Shown here one piece after another: positions 50,974-63,447 of a stretch of 64,000 nucleotides of DNA. The stretch comes from Convolutriloba macropyga (taxonomy: Eukaryota): positions 16,368,001 to 16,432,000 of the forward strand of contig NC_134480.1 in the NCBI RefSeq assembly GCF_964194025.1. Direction: 5' to 3'. The notes beneath the pieces are model-generated. The model made no database searches, was not told where the DNA came from, and was given only the letters and a program-made list of their open reading frames with translations. The position numbers were made by a program, and so were the translations under genes. Numbering within the stretch: the stretch's first letter is position 1; each line of letters starts with the position of its first letter.

Positions 50974-51227
50974 ATGAAGTCTGTGAAGAATTTACCTGGT
51001 CCAAAAGGGTGGCCAGTAATTGGAGTGTTTCTTCAGTACTGCAAGCACAGGTCAGCTTTGCACCTGCTGGAGAAGAAATATTCGGACAATTTTGGACCCA
51101 TACACAAAGAAAGACTGATGTTTCGCAACTTTGTGGTTCTCTCTTCGCCTGAGTTGGTGGAACAGTGGACTAGAAGTGAGTCAGCTTATCCACAAAGAGC
51201 AACCTTGGCAACTTGGGAAACCCACAG
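50974..51227 (+). CDS. Exon of a cytochrome P450, mitochondrial clan (CYP27/CYP24/CYP12-like N-terminal region)
   Basis: LPGPKGWPVIG..FGPIHKE..VVLSSPELVEQWTRSESAYPQR...W.THR pattern; donor AG/GTGAAC at 51228; possible acceptor TTTGTAG ending 50956. Downstream exons not found in this window. Confidence 0.8.
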
Positions 51228-51689
51228 GTGAACCTCTTTCTCAACCTTCAATTCTTTTTGATTATCCGTTTTTATCAATGAAGAAACTTGGACAATTTTT
51301 GGGCCCTTCCTATTATAGCCCTCCCCCCCCCCACCCTACATGAAAATACAGACTTTTCGTTGTGGTATATTTACGGTAAGGGAGTATGTGCTTCATGCCT
51401 TGATCGTTGAAGATGTGAAAATCTATTCCAAAAATAATGCTGTAAAATCTTAAACGATTAGAATTCTTTTTACAATGAGTCGCAGAACGTACTTTTCAAC
51501 TTTTCACTAGAATACTTATACTCGATCCGATCATATCAGTGTTCTTCACGCATAATTTCTATCTACATAAAAATTCTTGGTAACACAAATTGTAGATTTT
51601 AAGAAGCATTTATCAAGAAGCTTTCTCGGGAGAAATTTTAGCTTCTAAAATTAATCTCAAGTAATTATACAGAAATTTGGGACGCTAGT

Positions 51690-52395
51690 TGTGACCCAAG
51701 ATGAGGTCCACGACCAAAAACAAGTATTGGCCAGACCATCTTGGATAGCGGACAGTGTGGTCGGTTGCCACTGAACTCAATGGCCAGGAAAAAATTTTGG
51801 TTTCACCATTTTCTCGCCAATAACCAATTTTTGATCTGCTAGGTCTGGCAGATACCAATATTTGGGTCCGCTTTGGTCTGGCGAAACCAATTTTTTGGTC
51901 TTTTTTATCATTGGGCATTATCCAATTTCCGGTTGGGACAGCACCTACATTTGGGTGTGTTTGATCTGTGCAAAACCCAAATTCAAAATCAAGAAGTCCA
52001 GCCAAAAGAAAAACCGGTCCACTGCGAATTGTATAAATGTGTGGTGCATTGACTGTGTTTCAATGCAACAGCTGATTAATTTTGAAAATTTGCAATGGTC
52101 TTTGACTAAACGGTTTTCACTAAACATGTGCTATAAAAGCTTTGAAAATTACCTCTCTTCTTTAAAAGATGCTTCGGCATTTTTAGTAAACCTGACCAAT
52201 GGTCTGGCCTGTGAGAATTCTCAGTCTGGCGAATGATTGCAGCACAATTCTGTCTTAATTATGTTCAGTCAGCCCAGTGGTCTGGAGAATAGTCTGTTCA
52301 ATTTAACCAAGAGTGACTCAAGTCTGTTTGGTCTGGACAAAATTGGCCAAAGTCAGGCTGGTCAGGTTAATACTAAATTTTTGGTCTGGCCTGTC
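51690..52395. repeat. Degenerate element rich in TGGTCTGG/CCAGACCA motifs (MITE-like)
   Basis: Repeated GGTCTGG motifs in both orientations. Confidence 0.45.
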
Positions 52396-53143
52396 TAAAC
52401 CCCCTCTCTCCGACCGAAAACCCTCCCATCATTACCTGTTTTCAGCCCTGAACCGCATTGTGGAAAGCAAATTGATTTGCGGTCATTGCTGTCCACAAAA
52501 TCTAGATCCTCCAGCAAAAGTACGTTTTGCGTCAAAATTTGCTTTTTGGGCAAATTATTATAAGATGAAAACTAATAATTCTGTCTTGCAATATATCTGT
52601 TGCATATCTCAAGCTCTGGATGAAGTTTTGAAGTATGAAGAAAGGTATTCGAAATCTATTGTGTATCAAAAAACAGACCAATTTATGGTTCGTAACGTTT
52701 TGCTGTCGTTCGTAATGGTTGCAGAGGTCGAATTATTATTGGACGAAAATGGTCTGGGATCACCAAGAGTTGACAAAGTTGTTTGGGTTAACACTGCATT
52801 GGCCCAGAAGATAAACAAAATGCATCGTTTGTTTGTTTAAAGAGGAATGTGAAAAAACTAAAACAGCTACAAGATATTTTAAAAAAGACTGCGGTCGAGA
52901 ATAATGCGTTGTGGAGAAACTTGGGGAGGACCTCTGGGTAGACTGTAGATTTGATTGCATTTTTGAAGCTGCAAAACTTTGCTGTTTAAAAGCGAGCAGG
53001 GTCTTCACACTCTTATGATCATAGGTTGTGACTTATCTACCGCAACAAATGATTTTAAAATATCAAAGAGAACATTAATAAAAACCTGACCACCAATATT
53101 GGAGGTGATTGACCCGAATTTGCGTAGGTTTGAGGTTCATCAT

Positions 53144-53580
53144 TGTTACGCAGTAAATGAAAGAATATTAACCAATCAGAATTGAGTATTTAGGTCTGAA
53201 TTTAAATGCGTGTAAAACGTTCTAATATACATAAAAAGTTCCGAAAAAGTTCATTTAACCTAATTTTAAGTAAATATAACCACTATACGTATCGATTAAG
53301 CTGGTTTTCGGCTTAATATTTTTAGGTTTTCTAGATAATTGCCGATTGAATACGAACTGATTTTGACGTCAATGACATCAGACAAAAAACCTGTTAAATG
53401 AACAACAAAAAATCTTGCCGTCTAAGTTCCACTTGTTGCCTTGATCGTTGCTGACACATGCTATCTTTTGATAATGTTTATACGTTGCTTTGTACGATTA
53501 TGCTTACACGTTTGATTCTATGTATGACAATACGAATTCAAAATAGCTTTCCGAACTACAGTTCCTTACTGACTTTTACA
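53144..53580 (+). repeat. 5' LTR (437 bp)
   Basis: About 7 substitutions and 1 indel versus the 3' LTR by eye (~98% identity). Confidence 0.97.
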
Positions 53581-54754
53581 TGATGCCGCAACCCTCTAGT
53601 TCCAGCGAATGAGGGAGGCAGAGTGATCCACACGAGGGCAAGAGAAAAGTGGAAGCAATCTGGTCCATTTTCAGAATACACCGTCAGAGATCAAGATACA
53701 TATTCGACTTTTACTACAGAAGAAATGCCATTAGTCGGGAGTTGTACGAGTAATGTCTGGCGGAGTCTATTGCTGATAAAAACTTAATTGCCAAGTGAAA
53801 AAAGCAGGGATACGAGAACCTCTGCTAAATTGTGGATAGTGCGCACTGTGGTTGAAGAGGATGCAAAACATGATTGAAAAAATTTGCCCATCATCTATGA
53901 GGAAATCGAAGACTGTAAGACAGAACCAAACTTTTACACGATTTTTGCGGTAAATTTATTTTCAATTTAGACGGCAAGAAACCCAACCCCTGATTTATTA
54001 TGGCATGGGGTAGTCAAATCAAAATTTTAGGATATCTGGTCACCAATAACCCCTACAGTTGAATTTTTAAGAGCGATAAAACATCGATTTTGAAAATTTT
54101 TGGTAGATTTACCAAAAATTCGAAAAATTGATATAGTCGGTTTGTATATCAAAAAATAACCTCTGACATAGAGAAATTTGAGAGAAAATTATGATAAATT
54201 GTTCAATTTTGGAAATTTTTGGTCAATTTTGAGGTAATTTAAAAAAATTTAGAAAACTATTACTGAAAATTGATAAACCGTATTTCCGAGCATAAAGTTG
54301 ACCTGTTTATTGAATTACCGTTCCGTATTCAAGAAATTGCCAAAAAATTGACCAAAAATAGAGAAATTGAACAAAAGCATAAAAATTTGACAAAAAAAAT
54401 CAATTTTCCAGCAAGAAGGTTTGTAAATTGAGTGAAACTCAATTAACAAGAAAAAGTGGTGAAAATTTTCACAACTTCCGGCCTACAAAAAAAAATTATC
54501 GAATTCCCATAATTTTTCTCGTCGATCGTTTATGAACCGTTTTGCCCGTGTCCTTTTCGTCCTTTAACTCTTCAGTTTTCCGTGTTACATTTTTTTTCAA
54601 TAACGTCGCTCTCCCAAAGCTTCGCCTTTCGTTTTTTCCGCTACTTTTCCGATTTTCGATGTAGTATGTCATATGTGATGAAGTATGTTGTTGTTTTGCT
54701 GTAGTATGTTGAGTATGCTAGTATGCTGGTTTGTTGTTTAGGTCTTATAACTTT

Positions 54755-55283
54755 CTAGGGTGTGACTTAAGTTTATTCTCGAGTTACGGCTGGATTTTCC
54801 GTTGACTTTTCAACTTTACTAATTTACTAGCCCTTCTGTTGTATTATATTGATTTTGCTGCTGTATGTTTGTGTGTACCTGTACGATTGCTAGTTGGTTT
54901 GGTCCTGTTGCCTTCTAGGGTGTGACTTAAGTTTATTCCCGAGTTACGGCTGGATTGTTTCTCGACTTTTCCAACTATCTTAGTCTACAAACACACTATT
55001 GTAGTTTATTCAATTTTGCTGTAGTTTGTTTAATAACGTTAGTATGCTGATTGTTTGTTACGGTTTGGGTTTTGCTAGGATGTGACTTAAGTTTATTCTG
55101 GAGTTACGGCTAGTAATTTTCTCGACCTTTTCGTCCTTTTAGTGTACTACTTAATTGTCGTAAATTAGTTTGCCATTAAATTTGTCGTTATAGCCCCATA
55201 ATGATATATATTAGATTGTCTTGCAGTAGCTTCTCTCCTTCTTCCTAGGGTGTGACTTAAGTTTGTTCTGGAGTTACGGCTAG
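54755..55283 (+). repeat. Array of four 39-bp hairpin repeats (starts 54755, 54915, 55075, 55245)
   Basis: CTAGGGTGTGACTTAAGTTTATTCTCGAGTTACGGCTGG and close variants; periods 160/160/170 bp with diverged ~120-bp intervening sequence. Confidence 0.95.
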
Positions 55284-55793
55284 GTTGGTCGGTTGAGTTT
55301 TTGCTGTGGTATGCTAACATAGTTCTTTCCAACCTCATTTCTCTTCCGCTCTTTCCCACCGTCCCGTTTCGTTGCGTTGCGCGTTTTTCACCCGCTTTCC
55401 CGCACGTCCCGTTTCCGTTCCGTCGCGCACTGCTCGCTCGACTTCTCGTCTGTTCCGTTCCCGTTGCGTCGCGCGTTGCTCGTCCGACTTCCCGTCCGTC
55501 ACGTTTCCGTTTCGTCGCACGTTCCTCGCTCGACTTCCCGTGTCCTTTGTCTCCCTCTGCGTTGAGCGCATAGCGTTCAGCGCTCCACTTCTGTTTTTGT
55601 CGGGCACTGTGTGCTCGACGACATTTTCTGCTCTTTGGGTGGTTTGTTTTACAGACTGTCTACAGTTTGCTGTGTTTGGTGTTTTTTGCGTTGGGTTTAA
55701 TTTGTGTGGGTTTTATTTGTTTGGAGTCTGCTTATAATAGATAACCGTGTGCAGTGGTAGTTTTTGCTGGTATTTGCAAATAATAACATCGTG

Positions 55794-58700
55794 ATGTCTA
55801 ATAGTTTTGATCAAAAAGTCAAAAAGTTGTACGCTGCCAGGTCAAAGCGTGAAGCTGAATTGCATGCCATACATGAAGATATCCTTCATTGTATAAATAG
55901 TCAAAGTAGGCGAGTGAAAGTTGAACGCCTAGTAACAAAGTGCAACGAAGCATTTATGACTGTTGTAGACAAAAATGAGGACCTGATTGCATTTGCTGGA
56001 AAAACGGAAGATCCAAGTGCACTTGTTCCTTCATTAGAGTCTTACTTGGAGGCAGTGACAACTAAGAACGACAAGATACTCGCTTCAGCACGAAACTACA
56101 TCAATTCTGCTGATGATAAAGTGAGTGAGTTCCAGAAACCAAGGGCTTCCATTCGTTCTAGACTTCCCTCACTGATGACCTCGTCAAAAACATCTAGTCA
56201 GCGTAAACATGATTACGTAATTGCTAAAATGAAGCTCGAAGAAATTGAAAAACAGAATGAGGCAGCCATTTGCCTTGCTAAACAGAAAAAGCAAATGTAA
56301 TTAGATGAACTGGAGGAAAACAACAGGAAACGTTTGGCAGAGTCAACTCTGCATGAATTTGAATTGCTGGACGCCGTTTCTAAAGGTAGCCAATCTGAAA
56401 CAACTGCAAGTGCTGGGAGCTCAATGAGAAGTGAAAAGGCTGTCCAAGACTGGATCAACACCTCACTTGCTTTAAGTTTTCACAATGAGGAGAAAAATAG
56501 TGAACCACAGGTTATGATTAACCCTCCAGAATGTCATAGCCACAACAACGGCAAAACAGTGGAAGATCAGAACACTGAAATTTCAAGGCATTCTATTCCA
56601 AAAAATTGTCGAGGCAATTACATTTTAAGCAATGAGACCTTGCAGCAACTCGACCCCTATTATACTCCACCTGAAAATTTTTTGGCTGCTGCTAAAACAC
56701 AGGCGTTGTACCAGGCGCACCTAAGAGCGCAAATGGATCAAACAGGCCAGCAAGGCATGGCGCTTCCAAGCATAACTAATCAAGGAACCGCGGATAGTCA
56801 GCCGCCTTCTGTACACGCCCCAGGGGCTTCTTCACCACCCATTCAACAGCCCATTACACCACAGCCGTTCGCACCGCAAGAAAATCAGAATAATGCAACA
56901 GAGTTATTTCCAAACGCACAACTTCAAATTTCACAATCCAGGGGACCTGAAACATCAAGAATGATTCGGCCCAGCAAATATGCTCCCGACAACAAATTAA
57001 TTTTGTCCCCCGAGCACCAAACGCCACTCTTCCTCCTTTTCCGACAACAAATCATCCAGCCCCCGCAATAAACGTTCCCCTACACCCAAGCGCCCCACCA
57101 AGTCCAAACATTCAACAGCATAACTCCGAACCCGCTCATCCTATCGTCCTTCCCATTCCGAACCCAGTCTTCGCACCTAACCTCACTGCTCCCATCCCAC
57201 ACGCTCCTTTGATTAATTCTCCTCTCGTCAATAACACTTTTCAGAATAATAATAACCGAGTACACAAAGTTGTACGTTCCGTTGCTCCTCCTATCCCAAA
57301 TATGCCGAATATCCCTCTTGGCCAAAACTTCGTGCCAAATATGAGTCATTGGCGGTTTCCACAGCACAGACCGTCAATAGTCAACCAAGATACAACCATC
57401 GTGAATAGTCTGCCTCCAAATGTACACACCCATATCGCACCCTCAAGCACTAATATTCCACAACGAATATATTCGGATTCACCCCTTTTGATTGATATGC
57501 AATCACCATCAGGTGCACAGCAGGAAAACCTGATCGCGACTACTAGTAATGTTGTACCTGGTCTAGCCACTCCGGTTTTTCAGCCAACATATCCCTATGT
57601 TGGGCTCACTCCGTTGAGTTGGAGCGGTCCGCAGGTATCTGCACCTGCCCCTCCGATATCGGACAATGCGTCATTGATTAGGGAATTAGCTGATGCAATA
57701 ACAAGCAAGAGAAACGACCCTTTGCCCGAGTGGAAACTTGCAGAGTTTAATGGCGACCCATTAAAGTGGCATGAGTGGTATGGTCAATTCAAAAGCGCGA
57801 TTGACTCGCAGTCGCTTACTGATGACTTTAAATTGACATACCTTAAAACACTCGTCACCGGTAAAGCAAAGATTGCAATCGCCGAGTTTGCTTACTGTGG
57901 TTTAATGTACAAGGATGCACTAAGGACTTTGGAACGTAAATTTGGCCAACCGCAGGCAGTCGTAAGTGCACACTTGGATAAACTAAGCAACTTTCCGCCT
58001 CTTAAAATGCACAATAGTGATAACACCATAAACTGTTCTGCAGCAATATCCAGCCTCGTTGGGGTTTGCAAGTCACTATCATATGATGCTGACTTGAAGA
58101 GCGCTTCCCTACTTAACCAAGCAGTAGAAAAGTTACCACCAAACATGAAAGAGTCATGGTCGCTCTTTACGGTTAAGAAGCACTGGGTTAAGCCTACCCT
58201 CCTTGACTTTAACGACTGGCTTAAAGAAAAGGCTGAGGCCCACGATCTTATGAAACAAAGCGCAATCAAGGCAAGGCCTGAAGATAACAGCACTTCAGTA
58301 ACCAAGAACAAAACAGCTTCAAAAGTGTTTGCATCAAATTCGCAACAAAGGGAAACAAAGAAGCAAATGCCATCTGCTTCCACAAACACTTTCTTTCGAT
58401 GCATTGTATGCAAAGGTAACCACCGGCTATGGGAGTGTCGAGTTTTCAAGGAAAAGACTCCAACCCAGAGAGCTAAGTTAGTGGCGGATAACAAACTTTG
58501 CTTTTCGTGCTTACGGGACAAGCACACATTCCGCCAGTGCCCTCAGCCAAGAAAGTGCCGAGCAGAGGGGTGTAATAGTTCGCATAACTCACTATTGCAT
58601 GGAGCAGATAGGGTTTTCCCAACAAAACAGTCAACATATCCCAATACTATCCAGTTCTCTGGCAACACAGGTCAAAGTAAAGCAACTACTAGTCAACAGC

Positions 58701-61700
58701 CGTCTAATAAGACCACAACAATGTCATCTGTTACTGATGTTAAGGGGCTCCTTCAGGTAACGGAATTGCAGTTGGTCAATTAGTCCGGTTTAGATACCAA
58801 GGCTTTAGTTTTGTGTGATACCACCTGCAGTAACTCTTGGGTGGCCGGTAGTCTCGCAGATAGACTCGGTTTGCACGCTAAAGCACCAAAGCTAACTGTC
58901 AAGGGTATTAATACCGAAGAAGTAGTTGACACTAGGATTGTTGAAGTTACTGTGAAACCAAGAGAACATCAAGATTTCGAACAATTTACCATCAACCCTT
59001 TCTTTAAGGAGAGTCTGAACGTCGGCTCAGATATAATTAATGTACAGGCCCTGCAAGAGACTTACCCACATTTAGCAGTCCTTGATCCCGTGACATATTC
59101 CTATAAAGACATTGAGATGATACTCGGACAAGATGTCTATCATGCCATCCGCCCGTTAGAATACTTCTCTGCCGATGAGAAGCGTTCAACCGTTGCCGTA
59201 CGCTTACCCATAGGTTGGGTCTTAAGCGGTCCGTTACCATCAAGTTCTTGTTTAACCTCAACGTGCTTTAAAGTGAATATCGAACATGACATTGAGTTAG
59301 CAAGTCAAGTAAAGTCATGGTACGACATTGAATCATTCGGGGGCAAACAAGCAGGTCGACTCCAGATCTGCAGCAGACGCAAGGGCTCACGAGATCCTTG
59401 AGAGTACCACCAAACACAATGGCCTGAGATACGATGTTGGAATGCTGTGGGCAGCAGACAACATTCAGCTCCCAAATAATTACTTCTCCTCCCTTGTGCA
59501 ACTAAAATCGCTCGAAAAACGTTTGGCCAAGGATGAAGACCTCAGAGAGAAGTATACTAGTACCATCAAGGAAGACCTAAATAAGGGGTATGTAATTGAG
59601 GTTCCGGATGCTCACAAGGTTGAGAGCCGGTCTGATAAAGAGTGGTACCTACCCCACCATCCGGTTTTAAACCCGAACAAACCAGATAAGGTGCGTAGGG
59701 TGCTCAATGGAGCAGCAAAATTTCATGGCGCCTCACTGAATAAATCTTTGCTCACTGGCCCTGATCTGCTCCAAAATCTTATTTACGTACTTCTTCGCTT
59801 CCGACAACATCCATATGCCGTCTCTGCCGACATCGAGGGAATGTTTCTACAGGTTGGTGTATTACCATCAGATCAACCATCACTTCGCTTTCTGTGGCGG
59901 GAGGACCCCACAACTAACGTTGTAGTGTATCAATATACGCGCCATATATTCGGGGCTAAAGACTTGCACACATGCGCCAACTATGCATTACAACGCACTG
60001 CGAGAGACAATGCCAAGTTTTACCCCGAAGCTGCAAAAGCCGTCCTTGAAAACTTCTACATGGACGATTACCTTGACTCAGTGGAGTCGAGAAAGCCATC
60101 AATAGATCGAAGGAATTGGTACATCTTCTCCATCTCGGTGGGTTCAAGCTTACAAAGTTCGTAAGCAATGTACCAAATCTGGCTGACCCAATTGATGGTT
60201 CCCCTCAATCTACTGAGCCCAAGGTTATTGTTTCATGTCAGGTGGATTCATCGCATGTGCTAGGGTTAAAGTGGGACCACACTAATGACACTTTAGTTGT
60301 GAGTCGGGGTACAAGCTGCGCTATCACCAAGTCCCTCACGCAACGCTTGGTCCTAAGTCTTGTTTCGAAAGTCTTTGACCCCATTGGTCTTGTCGCACCG
60401 TTTACCGTCGGTGCGCGACTGCTCTTAAAAGACCTCTGGCGTGTCACAGGACAAGAATGGGATGACGAACTCCCACAGGACATGTTTCAATGATTTTTGG
60501 TTTGGAGTGCGGACTTACCAAAGCTTGAAAACATCAAAATTCCCCGATGTTACTTTAGTGGACCCTTTGATAATATAGAGTTGCATATGTTCGGTGACAG
60601 TTCGCAGGATATTTTCAGTGCGGTCGCATTCTTGGGAGCCCGTGTAAAAACACCTACGAGCGGAGAAAAAGCAGAGCTTGCGTTTGTTTTAGGGAAAGCG
60701 CGCGTGGCGCCAATGAAAGTAATGACTGTCCCAAAACTGGAGCTGCAAGCAGCTCTACTTGCCCCTCGATTGAAAAGGGAGATTATGCAAGCACTTATTG
60801 TATCTGTTAACCAAGTATTCATGTGGACAGACAGCACGACCGTTCTCCAATGGATTAACTCAAATGAAAAGCAACCAATCTTTGTTGCAAACCGTGTTTG
60901 CAAAATTTTGGAGTATACCAGCGTTGACCAATGGAACCACGTCGCAACTAATGATAATCCAGCTGACGCTGGCACGCGTGGAATGTCCGCTGAGGTTTTG
61001 CAACTAAGCAGTTGGGTCAATGGTCCACATTTCTTAACTAACTCAAGTTTCCCTTTCGTACCGAACAAAGACGTCATTAATAACATCAAACTTGGCGTCA
61101 ACCAAGCAGTCATCATAGAAGACACTGTTTCTCTCGCTACCTCTGTTAAAAAACAGACAACTCCCGTTCCGTCGTTATTCCCATTTGATAAGTTTAGTTC
61201 TTATCAAAAGTACTTGAGCCTTGCCGCATACGTTCTCCGGCTTTTGCCGAAACATGCCGGCTACCGTAACCCCGATGGTAGCATTACAGACCCTACTGAG
61301 CTTGACGAAGCCGAGCGTCATCTACAGTACTTGGTGCAAGGAGAGTCTTTTGAAGCCGAAAGAAAAGATCTTCTTGACAATAAATTCGTTAAACGGAGTA
61401 GCCGAATTGCTCCACATTCACCGTTTATTAGTCCAAATGGGCTAATCCGTTCCTCGGGCCGCATCAAGCGGTTAATTGAAGTTAGGTTCAACGTAAAGCA
61501 CCCAATCATTTTAGACGCACGTCATCCGTTTGTAAAACTGTTTCTTGAACACACGCACGTAAAGCATTATCATCAAGGCGTTGAATACCTAAGATCAATT
61601 GTGCAGGAACACTATACAGTACTGAAACTAAGATCATCCTTGCGTTCCATCAAAGCACACTGCCTGAGATGCCGAGAACTCCAAGCTGTAACTATGCAAC

Positions 61701-62671
61701 CAATCATGTCTGACTTACCTAAGGAGAGACTTGCTTACCAGTTTCCTCCCTTCACGAACACTGGCGTTGACTACTTTGGGCCATTCTATGTTACTGTCCG
61801 CCGTACTACTGAGAAAAGGTGGGGCTTCCTCTTCACCTGTCTCACTACTCGCGCTGTCCATGTCGAGATAGTTACATCCATGGACACCAGTTCTTGTGTT
61901 ATGGGAGTTGAGCGGTTTGTGTCACGTAGGGGTAAACCTGCCATGATTTGGTCAGACAATGGCACAAACTTTATTGGAGCGGAGAAAGAACTCCGAGAAA
62001 GTATTGAAAAGTGGAACGTTGTCAACATTGCAGCTGAGCTCGCTCACAAAGGTATAAAAAGGAGGTTCAATCCACCCAGCGCACCACATCAAGGGGGTAT
62101 TCTGGAGAGGTTGGTACGCAGCTTCAAACGCGTGTTGTATACTATTCTTGGCACGCGTGGGCTCACGGATGAGGTGCTGCATACTACTTTTTGTCTCCTG
62201 GAGAATGCTCTCAATTCGCGTCCTTTAACACCCATAAGCGCCGATCCGTGCGATTTGAACGCTTTAACGCCCAACCACTTTCTTTTAGGAGAATACTCTA
62301 CCGGTATTCGGTCTGTTGTCGGCAATAATGAGCTTGACCATCGTAAACGCTACGCCCGTGCGCAGTCGTACGCTAATGCGATCTGGTCCCGTTGGATCAG
62401 AGAGTACGTACCGACGCTGAACCGACCCTCTAAGTGGCAGACGCCTGCCGAGCAGCACCTTAAGACCGGTGACGTGGTTTGGATAGTTGAGGAAACCATC
62501 CCTAGGGGTTACTACCCAACCGCTCGGTTTGTGGAACTCCGTTACGGCTCCGATAGCGTCGCGCGCTCCGCCGTTTTACGTACGTCGACCGGTTCACTCG
62601 TCCGTCCGCTTGTAAAACTTGTACCAGTTTTCCCAACATCATCTTCCGGGCCGGAGGATGTTACGCAGTAA
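55794..62671 (+). pseudogene. BEL/Pao gag-pol polyprotein, disrupted by several stops and frameshifts
   Basis: DUF1759-like EWKLAEFNGDPLKWHEW; three Cys/His knuckles; protease LCDTTCSNSW; RT YLPHHPV..YMDD; Pao RNase H FGDSS..PKLELQAA; integrase DYFGP..SDNGTNF..ERLVRS. Stops at 56298, 58781, 60491; frameshifts near 57000, 59340, 60090. ORF ends inside the 3' LTR. Confidence 0.96.
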
Positions 62672-63096
62672 ATGAAAGAATATTAACCAATCAGAATTGA
62701 GTATTTAGATTTGAATTTAAATGCGTGTAAAACGTTCTAATATACATAGAAAGTTCCGAAAAAGTTCATTTAACCTAATTTTAAGTAAATATAACCACTA
62801 TACGTATCGATTAAGCTGGTTTTCGGCTTAATATTTTTAGGTTTTCTAGATAATTGCCGATTGAATACGAACTGATTTTGACGTCAATGACATCAGAAAA
62901 AAAAACCTGTTAAATGAACAACAAAAAATCTTGCCGTCTAAGTTCCACTTGTTGCCTTGATCGTTGCTGACACATGCTATCTTTTGATAATGTTTATACG
63001 TTGCTTTGTACGATTATGCTTACACCTTTGATTCTATGTATGACAATACGAATTCAAAATAGCTTTCCGAACTACAGTTCTTTACTGAGTTTTACA
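62659..63096 (+). repeat. 3' LTR (438 bp)
   Basis: Direct repeat of 53144-53580 followed by the TSD. Confidence 0.97.
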
Positions 63097-63447
63097 ATCA
63101 TGTGTTTTGTGAAGCTGCTGGGCAATGTTCTGATCCTTCCGCCTGCTGGACCCAATTTTGTAAAGAAAAAAACCGGACTTAGGAAGTTCAACGAGTTAGC
63201 GCGGTCCTCATTCTCGTAACGCTTTGGTGTCATTTTGAATCGTACTTTTTTTTGCTCCGCAGTTTTTACTAAACAAACTTAGACCCAGTCTAGCTTAAGA
63301 TTTACCAAGGGAGGATCAAATGGAGCAAATATTGAAAATAGTATCGTCCGTACTACAGTCCGCCAAATTTGTGGTCATAACCTATAGCCCCCAATTACAG
63401 CAAAAGACTAAAGTAAAGGCGATATTTTTTCTTGAGGGGGGATTTAA

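Larger units (their letters stand above)
53144..63096 (+). mobile_element. Full-length BEL/Pao LTR retrotransposon
   Basis: TG...CA LTRs at 53144-53580 and 62659-63096; 5-bp TSD ATCAT (53139-53143, 63097-63101); PBS-like TGATGCCGCAACC at 53581; purine-rich GGGCCGGAGGA before the 3' LTR; gag-PR-RT-RH-IN order. Confidence 0.98.

Noticed and set aside
52313-53143. 175-aa ORF and coding-like sequence at the BEL target site (continuing at 63102-63183)
   Set aside because: Starts in a repeat, is interrupted and shows no recognisable domain.
54755-55283. Calling the hairpin array a true CRISPR array
   Set aside because: Eukaryotic retrotransposon context, no cas genes, spacers of ~120 bp that are weakly related to each other and positionally orthologous between the two elements.
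57892-62325. Antisense ORFs inside gag-pol
   Set aside because: Shadow frames of the coding strand.
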